This document shows positions 12,905 through 26,872 of a stretch of 64,000 nucleotides of DNA, in pieces; position 1 is the stretch's first letter, and each line of letters opens with the position of its first letter. The DNA is taken from NCBI RefSeq assembly GCF_004010195.1, contig NC_057758.1, forward strand, positions 6,687,082 to 6,751,081, given 5' to 3'. The notes beneath the pieces were generated by a model. The model saw only the letters and a program-made list of their open reading frames with translations, was not told the origin of the DNA and searched no databases. A program made the position numbers and the translations under genes. This stretch comes from Chiloscyllium plagiosum. Its lineage: Eukaryota.

Positions 12905-13212
12905 CCTTAAAAAATTCCTGGACGTCTCCATGTCCATTTCGGGTGATAGACTCAACCTGGACATCTCCTTTTCGATCTATCACGTCATCCCCACCTCCAT
13001 CAGTCTGTTGCATTCACAGCTACCTTCCACCGCACTCCCTCCCAATTATCTCTCAGCCCACTTGCCCTCCCACATCCCTCACTGGCGATGAAGACTTTAT
13101 GCTCACAATGTCGACTCTATTGCTTCTTGGATGCTGCCTGACTGGCTGTGCTCTTCCAGCGCTACGCTTCTCGACGCCAATCTCCATTATCTGCAATCCA
13201 CACGTTTACCTC
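12905..13212 (+). mobile_element. PLE fragment with pseudo-LTR, in inverted orientation to the adjacent PLE
   Basis: ttcctggacgtctccatgtccatttcgggtgatagactcaac (FLDVSMSISGDRLN), then a tail ggatgctgcctgactggctgtgctcttccagc...atctgcaatc. Confidence 0.75.
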
Positions 13213-14419
13213 TGTTTGAAAAATGCTGTCTAGTAGGATTAGGTATCGCCCAAATTTAGAGTCTTCTACACTGCCCTGCTCATAATCAATTCGAGATTGA
13301 GTTTGGAATTTACCAAGTTATTGTAACTATCCCCAAAATGCTAATCCAAAAAAAAACCCTTCAAAATCTCGATCTGTAATCGTCCCTACAGATACCTGCA
13401 ACTCTATCATATTCCTAATAGTACTATCTATATATTGGCATGAAACCCCTACTTGAAAATGTTAAATCTTGCCCCCTTCTGCATTGAAACCTTTCACGTG
13501 ATGGCAGTCTCCGTTCATGTCAGCAAAGTTGCAATCCACTCCAACTGCAAACCACTCCTCTCACGTTGTTTTGAATTTGATTAAGCATCTGCTCATGTAT
13601 CTCGCTCAGACTTTTGGGAGATCTGCTGTTTCATGCCAAAAATATGTAGTTTTGTTTAATTTTAATCTCTACTGAAGGAGCCCGCTGCTGTAATAGGCTT
13701 CCATATATTTGCCCCACCCCTTGAATGGGTTTTTCCCATGGGTTAAGATAGTATGAGAGTTGGGCAACTCCCCATGACAGGCAATGATATAGAGACAGAC
13801 CACTCCTTTGTTGGTTTGCCATTCCTCGGAATAGAATGAAAAAATTGTTCATCATGCTGATTTCATGACGCTTTTTTACACTCGAAACTATCTGCCAATC
13901 TCACTTGTCTTGGAGTGAGAAGAGAAAATTAAACACAAACAGAAAGTTTGATGAAACTCAACAGTTCAAGACAGCATTTGTGGAGAGAAAGCAAAGTTAG
14001 CGTTTCACCTCTGTAAACCTTCTCGGTTTCTCCAACTGAGTTCTGAAAAAGAGTGACTGGGTTTGTCAGTATCATTTGATTTATCTATACAGATTCTGGA
14101 GGTTCTCCTGAATTGCTCCAACACATTTATGCTTTTGATTCAGAATTCGAGAATCCGCAGGTTTTACTTTTATTAACACATAAACGCTTAATGGGGTCAG
14201 AATTTTCCGAGGAGGTTCGCAGGAGATGGTAGGCACCCCAGTACCACTTATATAAATCGACACACTAGTTTGTTCTGAACACGGTTGACGAGTTAGCCTT
14301 TCAGATGCACCTGACATCTTGAGAAAACAAGCATCAAACCACCCCAAAACAGCTTCTGACGTTTGTTTTTTCCTTTGAAAGTAATTTTGTAGAAAAACTG
14401 TGACCCTCGTCTGGCACAG

Positions 14420-15760
14420 TATAAAATTCAAACTACATAAGACACTGTAAACAAAAGCCCCTTACGGGTCTGGTGATATTATGTCTCAGATACGGTTTGG
14501 GAAACCTCCAGACAGCAACAATTGAACCAACGACCTGGCTTAGAAATCATCCTGAATTCAGATGCGGAGAGCTGAGAAGGTGGATTAAAGCTCTTTGTGT
14601 GTTTATAAATGACTTGGATGCCGACGTGGAAGGGTGAGCTCGTCGTCTTGCCGATGACACGAATTTTGGTGAAGTAGTGGATCGTGTGAAAGGCTGCATT
14701 CAATTATAAATAGACAATGACAGGACGCACAACTGGGCTGATAAATGGCAGGAGTTCACCTGTAAATGTATGAATTGATTCATTTTGGAAGCTCTAATGA
14801 CAAGGAAAATGTAGGGTTGACGGCAGGATTTTGTGCAGTGTGGAGTAAGAGAGGGATTCGGAGTCCATGTCTATAAATCTCCGAACGTTGCCAGTCAAGC
14901 AGTTTGGGAATTTAAGATGGTGCATTTTGTGTTGGCTTTCATTGACAGCGGGATTGAGTTTAGGAGCTGCGAGGTTATGCTGCAACTTAATAGAACCCTT
15001 GCTAGATCACACATGAAATATTGTGTTCAGTTCAGTTCACCTTAGTGTTAGAATGATTGGAAAGTTTTAGATAGGGTGCAACGGAAATTTACCAGAATAC
15101 TGCCTGGACTGTAGCGCGTGTCTTATGAAGAAATGTTGAGAGAGCTTATGTTTTTCTCATTGGAGCAAAGAAGGATCTTGGGTGATTTGTTACAGGTGTA
15201 CAAGATGATGAGAGTGAAAGAACTAGGTTGTAGTCAAATACATTTTTTTCCAGTGCAGAAATGTATCCTTTCTTTCAGGAGGATGTTGTGACTCTTGAAA
15301 GGTTCAGAAAGGATTTCCAAGAAAGTTGCCAGATTTGCGAGTTTGAGCTGAAGGGACAGGCTGAATAGGCTTGGCCTGTTTTCCCTGGAGCGATGGAAGC
15401 TGAGGATAACATTTTGAGAGAAATATTAAATCATGAGGTGCATATATAGGAGAAATAGACAGTCTTTTCCTTGCTGCGGTGGAGTCCAGTATTAGAGGGC
15501 TGAGGTTCAGCGCAAGAGAAGTAAAACATAAAAGGGACCTCGGGGCAAACGTTTCACGCAGAGTACGTGTATGGAATGAACTGCCAGAGGAAGTGGTTGA
15601 GACTGGTAAAAGTACTGTATTTGAAATGTGTGTGGATGGGTATATGAATAAGAACGTTTTACAGGATTATGGGTAAAGTGCAAGATTAGGTTCGGACATC
15701 TGGTCAGCATGAACAAGTTGGACAAAAGTATTTGTTTCCGTGCTGTATATCTCTAAGACC
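14420..15760 (+). mobile_element. Decayed CR1 RT C-terminus and 3' UTR (probably two fragments)
   Basis: cttgccgatgacacga (ADDT) and VLAFIDSGIEFRSCEVMLQLNRTLARSHMKYCVQFSSP; 3' UTR VRVWNELPEEVVE and tail tttccgtgctgtatatctcta. Confidence 0.8.
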
Positions 15761-17339
15761 CTATGGTAAGGGGCCATCCTTTAAACATCATTGCAGGCTG
15801 ATTTGGGGAGACATCAGAGGTTGTTTCTTTCCACGGAGAGCATTGGTTGCCCTTCCAAAAGAAGCTTCTCAGAATTCTCAGTCGATCATTATATCAAATC
15901 AGAGATTTTATATTCTCATTAAAAGTTCTTCATTAGTTATTCCTAAATATCCATTCCTTCAAAACAAAGTTTAGTATGCTTGTTAGTCGGATTACTGTTG
16001 TTACTGCTAACCATACACAGGCTATTTCATGGCTTTTCTTCTTCTTAGGTACTAAGAATGATGTTCATGATAACAACAACAACAACAACAAAATATATTG
16101 TATACAGAACAGTATTATTAACAACGTGGAAATAACTAAGGCCAGGCATGCCATTACTTTAAAAACGAGACTTACTACCTTCCAGTCTTTGCACAGTTAT
16201 AGCCTTTAGTCACCTTTCCACGGCTGTCATTCAATTATTCTGACGTCTGTAAATAAAAGAAACTGAAGCTTCTGCTGCTCAGAACACAGTGCTTTCTTTG
16301 TGGAAATTCTTTTTGGAAATATTCAACTGTTTAGCGAATGAACGCTGGTTCGAATAGAATCAAAGATGTTCCCCTGAGCAAGAGGCACTGGCAATTCAAA
16401 CAAAGCGTATCTTAACAGAGAGAGTTAGAGTTTGGATAAGTGAGGGGATTTAGTGAAGCGGTGAAGGAGGTGCTCCTTTCCTATTTCCCTTTCTCATCTT
16501 GCAATGTTTATTTATCACTCTAGAGCAAGATAAGAAATTGAACGCTGAGTACTGGTTATGTTATTCCTCTCATTCTGCATTGAAGGAACACTGGACATCT
16601 AATGAATGAGGGATGTAGGATAACTCGAAAAGTAGCATGTCAATCCTATGGAATATAAGAAATGTGGATAAGGATGGTTGACAAGTTTCTTAACACCGGG
16701 AGACCAGGACATACGGACAGAGACAATAACGGAAGATTCACAGTGGAGAAAAAGCAAATGAATATATGAACTAGGAGAAGGAGTGGGTACTCCAGCCTGT
16801 CAAGGCTTTTCAGAAATATATTTCCAAAGAATATTTATCATGCAGCAGAAGAAAAATGAATCAGCTAATTTCTAAACTAACACCACTGAATTCACACATA
16901 TGGAGAATCACCAACGCACACACAAGAATGTGGTGTATCTGTTTTCAATATGAGGTCTTTAATTTCTGTGCGAGTCTGTGTCTTCAGTGTGTGGTCCGGA
17001 AGTTCTGTGTCAGGGCCGCACATTAAATGTGAGGTCCCCGTGTTCAGTGTGGGCAACTGAGACAGAGTCCTTCCAAAACGGCACATATTGGGAGGAGTGA
17101 ATGAAGAGTAGACCAGCGTGCCCCGGAGGTACCGGCCTTTGTGGAGCCTGAGGCCCTTCATGGCTGAATAGAGAGTTCAATAGCTTGAGGACTTGGTCTC
17201 TTTAATGTCCCAGTCTCGAAACCCGATCAACAGGCTTTGGGATCATATCACCTGCTATTAAACACAATGCACTGCCATCCTGTGCTGGACTGTTACCCGC
17301 CCTTGACTTATTCATTTCCAAATGACTGTCTCAATATGT

Positions 17340-18730
17340 CCACCCCTTACACTCACTGAAAACCTTTACTATTACAACATATAGCGCTCCAATCCGTTCG
17401 TTCCTATCCCAGGCTCAACATCAAACCAGTGGACAAGCACGTGCAGCGGCCGTTTGGTGCACCGATCTGTTCAGAGTTGAACTCAGGCACCAATTCACGG
17501 CTATCTACTCCCACTGCCTTCTCGACGAAGACCTCACCTCCCATCACCAAACCATCATCTGTCAAACTGTCATGACCTCATCATCTCAGGGTACCTCCCA
17601 ACCACCGACTCTAACCTCAAAGTCCTGGGAACAGGCACTGTCCGGTTCCATCTGTTACCTAAAATTCACAAAATTGATTGACCCGGTCGACCCAGCGTCT
17701 CTGCCTGCTTCTGCCACAGCGAACTTATCTCTATATACCTTGAAGCCGTTGTGCCCCATTTGGTTCAGAAACTCCCCAAAACATTCAGGAAACTGCACAT
17801 GCCCTTAGCTTTCCTCATGCAGAGAAAAGCAAGGGCGTGTAAAGGCTGCTTGCAACACAAATAGACTCGCCGATATTCAGCGCATTTAAATTGGCATTGG
17901 ATATACATATGGATAATAATGGAACGGAGTTGGTTAAATGGGCATCAGATTATTTTCACCAGGCGGCGCAACATCGATAGCCGAAGGGTTGTACTGCTCT
18001 GTAACCTTCTATGTTCTATGTTCACTACTCCTCCCACATTACAAAAGTGATGCAACTCCTTGGACTCCTTCACTACTAAATCCTTGCCACCCAGTGTTTG
18101 GAGGGAGAATGCCTCATTTTCTGCCTTGGGACCCTCCTAACACACGGCACCAACGTCGATTGTACAAGTTTCCTCATCTCACCTCCATCCACTTGATACC
18201 AGATTTAAGTCTCCGACACGGCACCTCCCTCTTGTACTCTCCCACCTGTACTACCTACCGCATTCCAAGCTCTCTTCCCCAGCCCTACCCGCTCCTAGTT
18301 ATCTCTCTGCCACTTTCACCTCATCCCCACATTCCTGATGAAGGGCTTATGCCAAAAACGTAGATTTTCTTTATCTTCAGATGCTGCTTGACGTGCTGTG
18401 TGTTTCCAATGACACATTTCCAAGTAATGTTCAGCCACTAACAGTTTATATTAACAGTTGTTTTCTCCCCTGTCCAGATCGTTATTCGTTCCTTTGTCTC
18501 TACAATTGTTTACCTATATTTGGGTTTCCATCCCCACCGATCATTTTCTACTTCCGAGATTGCACTTACTGCATAAAAAGGAGGACACTTTCCTCAGTAT
18601 CATCAGTTCTGAAGAAGAGTCACCGGACTTGAATCGTTAAGTCTATGTTTTCTTCACAGATGAGATCAGAACTGCTGAGCTTTTCCCGAAATTTCTGTTT
18701 GTGTTTCTGATTTAGAGAACTGCAGGCCTT
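17340..18730 (+). mobile_element. PLE fragments (RT N-terminus, 3' end, two pLTR types) with a short CR1 3' end inserted at ~17850-18022
   Basis: ttacctaaaattcacaaa (LPKIHK); pLTR attcctgatgaagggcttatgcc at 18331; CR1 tail ttctatgttctatgttc at ~18007-18023. Confidence 0.7.
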
Positions 18731-19578
18731 GCAGTTTCTGTAAAATTTTGTACCCGCCTCTTTTTCTCATTTAACAACTTACTTTGCGACTTACCTTTTA
18801 GTCATGAGCACATTTGCAAAGATATCTTTCATATTTTAATACAAATTATTCACATATTGTGTAAGTAATTGAAATTCCAGCTTATTGCACTTATTTATTT
18901 ATAACATGACTATAAACGTTAATGTGTGATATCTATTTCATATCAGTAAGACAATCTTCTTGATTCACAATAATATTCCCACTTGTGCATTAACATTTTT
19001 TAAACTAAATAACTTTTATCAAAAGTCTATGCAAATCTATGCAGCGTACATCACCTCCTTTCCATAAAGCAGAGAGCAAATTCAGCAACTTGGAGTTATG
19101 TTTTTGTTTCCACGAATCTCTGAATGAGATATTTGTGTTAAGCAAGCTGTTTGGAATTCAATTTGATACACTTACTTTGCAAAAGATGAGAAAATATTAC
19201 TTACTAAAATGAAATAGAGCATTTATTTCTGCAGCTGCAGCTTGAAGATTGAACATTAGTGCCTCGTTGTCTGAGAAAATGTGCACTTCCCGTGAATGCC
19301 GTGAATAACTCGACCCTGGAATGTTGTATTATCTTACAAGCTACTGAGGGAACTGTGTTTCAGCAGAGTTTCACAGAGAGATGGTGTCTTTGAATCTTTC
19401 AGAATTCTGGAAGTACATGATGGGCTATATGTTCATCACATGTTTCTCCTTTCTGCCGACCCTCGACACTTTCACAACACAGCAGCGTTCCTATCTCTTG
19501 AACACAAAATGGTTCCAGAGTAAGGGGCTTCCCCACTTAGGACTGAGGTGCACAGGAATGAAATTTCACACAGTGGGA

Positions 19579-22500
19579 ATATAGAGTCATAAAGAAGAAC
19601 ATCACGAAACCAGAATCTTCGGTCCAACTCGTCCATACCAACCAGATATCCCAACCCAATGTAGGCCCATATGCCAGCACCAGGCTCATATCCCTCCAAA
19701 CGTTACGTATTAATTCAAGCGTCCAGATGCCTTGTAAATGTTGCAATTGTATAACTCTCCACCGTTCGTCTGGTAGCCCACTCCACACATGCACCACCCT
19801 CTGCGTGAAAATGTTGTCCCTTGGGTCGCTTTTACAACCTTTCCCCTCGCACACTAAACCTATGCCCTCTCGTTCAAGACTAAACCAACTTAGGAAAAAG
19901 GCCGACAATATTTATTCAATACATGCCCTTCATGATTTAAAAACCTCTATAAGATCACCCCTCAGCCTCGGAAACAACAGGGAAAACAGTTCTAGCCTAT
20001 TCAACCTCTCCTTATAACTCAAATCCTTCAACCCTGACAACATCCTTGTCTATTTGTCAGAACGCTTTCAAGTTTCACAGCATCTATTCCATAGGAAAGA
20101 GACCAGAAGTGCACGCAATATTCCAAAAATGGCCGAACCAATGCCCTGTCCAACTGCAACATGACCACCCAACTCCTGTTCTCAATACTCTGACCAACAA
20201 AGGAAAGCTTACCAAACTCCTTCCTTCATATCCTGTCAACTTGCGACTTTTGTTTAAGGAGCTATGAACAACACTCAAAGGCCTCTATGTTCTTACCATG
20301 AAGTGTATAATTTTGGCTCAAATTAGCTTTCCCAAAAAGCAGCGCCTCGCGTTTATTTAAATTAAACCCCAATCTGCCACTGCACAGCCTATTGGTTGCT
20401 CTGATCAAGATCTCGTTGTAATCCGAGGTAACCTTCATCGCTGTCTGCGACGCCTCCAATTTTGGTGTCATCTGCACTCTTCTAAATTATACCTCTTAAG
20501 CTCACGTCCGAGTCATTTATATAAAAATAAAAAACTAATGGACACAGCGCCGCTCCTTGTGGCACTCTGCTGGTCGCAGGCCGCCAGTCTGAAAATCAAC
20601 CCTCCAGCTGTCTTTTACCAGTGAGCCAGCTCTGAATCCAAATGACTCGTTCTCCCTGTATTCCATGAGATCTAACCTTGCTAACCAGTCTCCCATGGTG
20701 AAACTTGTCGAACGCCTTACTGAAGTCCATGTGGATCACGGCTATCACTCTGCTTTCATCAATCTTCTTTGTTCCATCTTCCAAGATTTTAGCCAAGTTT
20801 GTGAGGCATGACTTCCACTGCACAAAGCCACGTTGACTATCTCTAATCAGTCCTTGCCTTTCCAAGTATCTGTACATTCTATCCCTCAGGAATCCCTCCA
20901 ACTACTTGCCCACCACCGACGTCAGGTTCACTGGTGTACAGATCCCTGGCTTGTTCTGACCAGCTTACTTAAATAGTAGCACCACGTTTGCTAACCTGCA
21001 GTCTTCCAGCAGCACACCTGTGACTTTCGATAACAAAAATATCTCAGCAAGAGGCCCAGTAATCACTTCACTAAATTCCCACGGAGTTCTTGGGTACACC
21101 TGATCAGGTCCTGGGGATTTATTCCTTTATGCATTTTATGAGCGTCAAGACAATCAGTACTTCCTCCAATGTAATGTGGACATTTTTCAAGGGGTCACCA
21201 TCTATTTCCCTACATTCTATATCTTCCATGTCCTTTTCCACAGCAAACACTGCTGAAAGTACTCGTTTAGTGTCTCCACATCTCGACACGGTTCCATACA
21301 AATGTTGCTTTGCTAATCTTCGAAGGGCCCTAACCTCGGCCTAGTTACCCGTTTGTCCTTAGTGTAGTTGTAAAACGCTTTGGAGTCACCTTAACTACAT
21401 TTTCCAAAGCTACCTCATGTTCCCTTTTTGCCTTTCTGATTTCCCTCTTAGGTATACTGCTACCACCTATTACTCTTCTAAGGATTCATTTGATCTATCC
21501 GCCTTATACCAGACATACGCTTCCTTCTTTTTCTTAAGCAAATTCTCAATTACATCAGTTATCCAGCATCCTCCATACCTACCAGTCTTTCCTTTCACCC
21601 TAATGGGAAAATACTGTTTCTGCACAACCGTTATATCTTTTCTGAAGGCTTGCGATTTACCAGCCGTCCCTTTACCTGCAAACATCTGTCCCCAATCAGC
21701 TATTGAAAGTTCTTCCCTCATTCCGTTTATACAGATCATTCTGAAATTTATAACTTCAACTTTTAGTTCCGAACTATCTTTTTCCATCTCTATTTTGAAA
21801 TTAATTGTGTTATGGTCGCCGGACCAAAAGTGCATCCCCACTGACAACTCAGTCACCTGCATTGCCTGATTTCCCAACAGTAGATCAAGTTTTCACCTTG
21901 TCTAGTAGGTATGCCCACATACTGAATCAGAAAATATTCTTGTACATGCTTAATAAATACCTCTCCATGCAAACCCTTAATACTTTGGACATTCACATGC
22001 AGGCCCTTGGCCTCCTCCATCTCCACTCCCTTCCACTTGACGCCTGAAGGAAGAATGCCTCATCTTCCGCCTCGGGATCCTCCAACCCGTTGGCATTAAT
22101 GTGGATTTCACCAGTGTCTTCAGTTCCCCTCCCCCCACCTTACCCCAGTTCCAATCTTCCAGCTCAGCATCGTCTTCATAACAGGTCCCATTTGCTCATT
22201 TTCCTTCCCATCTGTCTGCAATACCTTCCCCTTCGACCTATCACCTTTACCTCATCTCCATCCAGTTATTGCATTCTCAGCTATCTTAACACCAGCCCCA
22301 GCCCCCGCCCATTTATCTCTCCAAACCTCATTTCTGATGAAGCATTTTTCACCAAAACATCGATTTTCCTGCGCCCCGAATTCTACCTCACCTGGTGTGC
22401 TTTTCCAGCACCACACTTTTGAATCTTATTTCCAGCATCTACAGTAAACACGTTCACCTACTATGGCAGTCCCAGTCTATGTCTCGAAAGTTAACACCAC

Positions 22501-24300
22501 GACCATAATCACCCTATTAACTGAGATCTCCTTGCAAATTTAATTCTCAATTTCCATCTGACAGTTGGGGTCCACAATACAATTCGAATAAGTTGGCCAT
22601 CGCTCTCTTATTTTTCAGTCTCCTGGGTGGATTTCTTGGAATGTCCTCCCTCAGCACAGTTGTAATGCTATCCCTTATCAAAAATGTCACTCCCCTTCCT
22701 GACTTGCCTCCCTTTCTGTTCTTCCTGCAGCATTTGTATTCTGGAACATTAAGCTGCCAGTCCTGTCCATCCCTGAGCCATTTTCCTGTAATTGCTACAA
22801 TATCTCAGTCCCATGCCCTGAGTTCATCTGCCTTCCCTGTTTGGCCCCTTCGTTGAAAAAAAATGCAGTTTATGTCATCGTCCTAACTTGTACTCTGCTT
22901 TGTCCCTCCATGACCAGACTGTTTGCCTGGCTTCTTTTCTCAACTGTCACAGTCTCAGATTGATTTCTTTTCTCACAATCTACCTGGCTCTCCACTCCCT
23001 CCACCCCACCATACTAATTTATATCATCCCGAGCAACTCAAACAAATCTCCCTGCTATGTGAGTTCGCTTCCATATTAGATGCAATCCATCCTTCTTGTA
23101 TGCATCACTTCGACTCCAGAAAGATTCCAATCATCCAAAAATGTAAATCCTTCTCCAATACACCAGCTCCTCAGCCAGGCATTCATCTGTTCTATCCTCC
23201 TACACCTAACTTTCATAGCTCGGGGCACTGTGAAGTTGTCCAGCTATTGCTACTCCCGAGAAAACCCTTTTAAATTTCTGCCTAACTGTCTGTACTCTCC
23301 CTTCAGAATCGCTAACTTCTCCCTTCTTGATTCATTAGTTCCAATGTGTACAGTGACCTCCTACCGTGCCCTCTTCCCCTTGAGAATATTCTGCACCCTC
23401 TCTGAGACATCCTTGATCCTGGCACCAGCGGCGCAACACACTAATCAGATTTTTTGCTGTTGGGCACAGAAACTTCGGCATACTGAGTCCCCTAACGCAA
23501 TGGCTCTCTTGGAACCCGATGTATTCCTCATCGCATTAGAGCCAGTGTCAATACCAAAAGTTTGAATGTTCGTGCTACATTCCACTGAGAATCCATCACC
23601 CAGTATATTTTCCAAAATAGTATATTGTTTGAACGGTGGGTAGCCACAGAAAACCCCTCCACGAGCTGCCTATCTCTCTCACTTTTCTATATCTGCGAAT
23701 TCTTTCCCTGCCTATGACCGCCATCCATCACAACTCCTTGCTCTGGTATATTCCTCATTGCCTCGAACTGTCGCTCCTATTTTTCCATTCGATCTGATAG
23801 GATTTGCAACCAATGGCATTTATTGCAGATATAATCTTCAATAACACGTAAACTCTCCCTAAACTCTGACATCCGACAAGGAGAGTATGGCACTCCACTA
23901 AGGCACTTCTTCCAATGTGCAGACCCAGAAAATAACCCGTCTTATTCCTCTGCAAAATATTGCTCCAGGTTAACTTATTACTTACGTCTTATATATTAAG
24001 TTTAATCAAGCGAAATGTCTCAATTAAACACATAATCAATAAAGAACCTACTCTGTTAATTACTGCAGACTCCCCAATGCCACACTTTAAGCGCTTCACT
24101 TATTTGTCCCTGTGTTGTGACCCCTCCCAAACATGTTTCTTCAAGATCAGTTATGAATTTCATTGTTTGTTAATTTTCCCAGACGCACTTCGATGTTCAG
24201 CGATGCATGAATTCAACATCAAATGCTCTGACTGCACAGGTTCTCTGTTGTTTCCGTTTTCAGTGTGGGATTCTCTCTTTCTCTCTCTCCTTCAATGAAC
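19579..24300 (-). mobile_element. Near full-length but dead CR1 LINE (5' UTR, ORF1 zinc finger/esterase, ORF2 EN-RT, 3' UTR) with internal deletions and a PLE insertion
   Basis: ORF1 SCRM...DYICNKCHWLQILSDRM (~23790-23880); EN HFWSGDHNTI; RT LIRDSQRGFVQWKSCLTNL...MDFSKAFDK; ADDTK at ~20460; 3' UTR ending ...tatgactctat. Confidence 0.9.
21985..22458 (+). mobile_element. 5'-truncated PLE inserted into the CR1
   Basis: gaagaatgcctcatcttccgcctcggga (EECLIFRLG), pLTR with tctgatgaag...aaaacatcgatt; flanked by tact (21981-21984) and tact (22459-22462), a possible TSD. Confidence 0.75.
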
Positions 24301-26236
24301 TCCCCATGTGCTGCATTTGTCTGTGAAACTCTCTCCTGAGGATGCCGTTCGATGATCAATGAGTATGTGAAAGGCCAACCAGAGTGACTTCAGGTTCCGA
24401 GTGAGGTTTATGTCGATGGGAAAGAATGGGTTCACAACAGTTTCTATATTCGAAAGGCAGAGCTGACCAGTTCAGCAAATGGCCAGGCTCAGTGAATATG
24501 TTGTATATTTCTAAACATTTGCATTTTTTTTTTACTTTTCAGAATACTAAAAACGAAATAAATAAAATCAATAAAAACATCTTCAGTGATTGAAAATCTC
24601 AATGAGCTCCAAACAAATCAAAATATATTGAGGGGCATTTCTTCGCCAAAGTAATGCCTGTTTCTATTATTGAGATATTCTACACGACAAGTTCAAATTT
24701 AAGTCCTAGATCAGAGTCAACACACCATCTCTTACTTAGGGACCACCTTATTTCTGCTATTCTTTGAAATTAAATTTTGCCACACAGAGTTTTCCTGTTG
24801 TCATGAAGAGATTCTCTGCACTGAGCTTCTCTTCCGTGATATCAGCTTGTACAATATCACCAGGGTTACCCTTTTACTTATTGAATGCATTGCTCCTGCC
24901 CTTTTTTCGGTGGTCAAGCCTTCTTCGAAGTGACACCGTCTGCCGCTGGTCCACCAATCCTGCCGACCTTTCATCTTCGTCCAACCACTTAAGCACAGAC
25001 AGAGAAGCGTTCTTAGTACTCTCTTGAGTACAAGCATACAATTGAAATATTCATTTACCAAAACTGCACACGTTACTTCATCTTTGACCCAACCAGGATT
25101 TGTATGGCACGAGCAGAACATTGCTCCTCTACTGTTCTATGCCACCGTTCTTTGTGTCTCTCTTTAAAATGATATGTTTCACATGCCTTAATGGTCAACT
25201 TACTCAACATGCCTGATGCCTTCAAACACCTCAGGATATGCAGACCAATATCGTTCTGATTGGCTTCAATTTTCATGTTCATTCCATTCATAACGTACTC
25301 CCTTGCGAAGTTTACGAAGAACGAAGAACAAGTGAGAAGTACAGTCGAGGAACAGGTTGCTCGAAGACTGTAGCGACCATCTTGCCTGAACGAAACCAAA
25401 GACAAAAACTTTCTGCCCTTATTTGGTCCATATCGCTATATATGCTACCTCTTCAGGAAATCGCAAAGTATCTGCTTACACCACCTGTTCCAAGCTCCTA
25501 TCACTTCCTGCTTGAAAAAGGTCCCTTGCACATCTCCTTTAACTTCCCTCCCTCGCCTTGAACCTGTGCCTTCTTGTAGTTAAAACATCAGACCTGCGAA
25601 AATAAAACGTCTCTGACTATCCACCTTATTTGTATCTCTCATGATTTCGTAGACCTTCAATCAGGTCTCCACTCAGCGGTAGTTTTTCCACTGAAGTCAA
25701 GTCTCGTCTTTTTAGCTGCCCTCATAGCCAATGCAGTTGAGACGAGCAAATCCTGCTGAATCTTGCGGCACTTTTCTAAAGCTTCAATGTGTTTCTGGTA
25801 GGGTGGCGATCAAAACAACACAAAATACTAGAAATTCGAACTAACAATGGTTTGATTTAGAAGCAACATGCTTTGTCAGTTCTGGGACTCCATGTCCCAA
25901 CCGTTGAAAGCAAGCATACCGTCTGCCTTCATATACCATTGGCCACCTGTTTTGTCAAATTGAAAGAAACGTGCACCAGCAAACCCAGAACCGACGTACA
26001 TCAATGTTGCTAAGGGTTCTGTCATTTACCGTATAAGTGAGACCTAAACTGGAAATTCCAAAATGCGTTTTGCATTTGTCTGGATTAAATTCCATCTGAC
26101 ATTTCTGTGCCCAGGTTGTCAAAATATTTACGTTCTTTTAAATCCTTTCACAATCATCAGAAACACCTGTAACTGCACCAATCTGCATGACATTTACAAT
26201 CTTATTCATCAGACCTCCAAATTTGTCCTCCAGATT

Positions 26237-26237
26237 T

Positions 26238-26291
<54 letters not shown>
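26237..26291. repeat. (TA)n microsatellite with one interruption
   Basis: Direct read: tata...tacatgtata...tata. Confidence 0.95.
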
Positions 26292-26292
<1 letters not shown>

Positions 26293-26569
26293 CTGCAATC
26301 AACAGAGATCCTCAAACTGATCACTGTGGATCACTGCTAGTTCCCGCTGCCTTTACGAAAAATACAATTTCATCGCTACCTGCTGTCTTCTATCTCGAAG
26401 TGAGCTTTGTATACTTCGAGCCACCTCGAATTCCATGTGATTGTAGTTTTTTTAGCCCCAATGAGTCATGTGGTACTTTGGTAAACTCCATACCAATGCC
26501 CATATAAAATACATAAACAACCGTTCCCTCATCAGTTAAATTTGTCACCGCTTGAAAAGATTCAATAAT

Positions 26570-26872
26570 TAGATTACATTATCTGTGTGGAAACAGGCCC
26601 TTCGGCCCAACAAGTCCACACCGACCCGCCGAAGCACAACCCACCCATACATTTACCCCTTACCTAACACTACGGGCAATTTAGCATGGCCACTTCACCT
26701 GACCTGCACATCTTTGGACTGTGGGAGGAAACTGGAGCACCCGGAGGAAACCCACGCAGACACAGGGAGAACGTGCAAACTCCACACAGTCAGTCGCCTG
26801 AGTCGGGATTTGAACCCGGGTCTCAGGCACTGTGAGGAAGCAGTGCTAACCACTTGTGCCATCGTGTCGCCC
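26570..26872 (-). mobile_element. Relatively young HE1-type V-SINE with a 5-bp TSD (ataat)
   Basis: Reverse strand reads GGGCGACACGATGGCACAAGTGGTTAGCACTGC...GTTCAAATCCC...V-domain...GGCCGAAGGGCCTGTTTCCACAC; ataat at 26565-26569 and 26873-26877. Confidence 0.92.
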
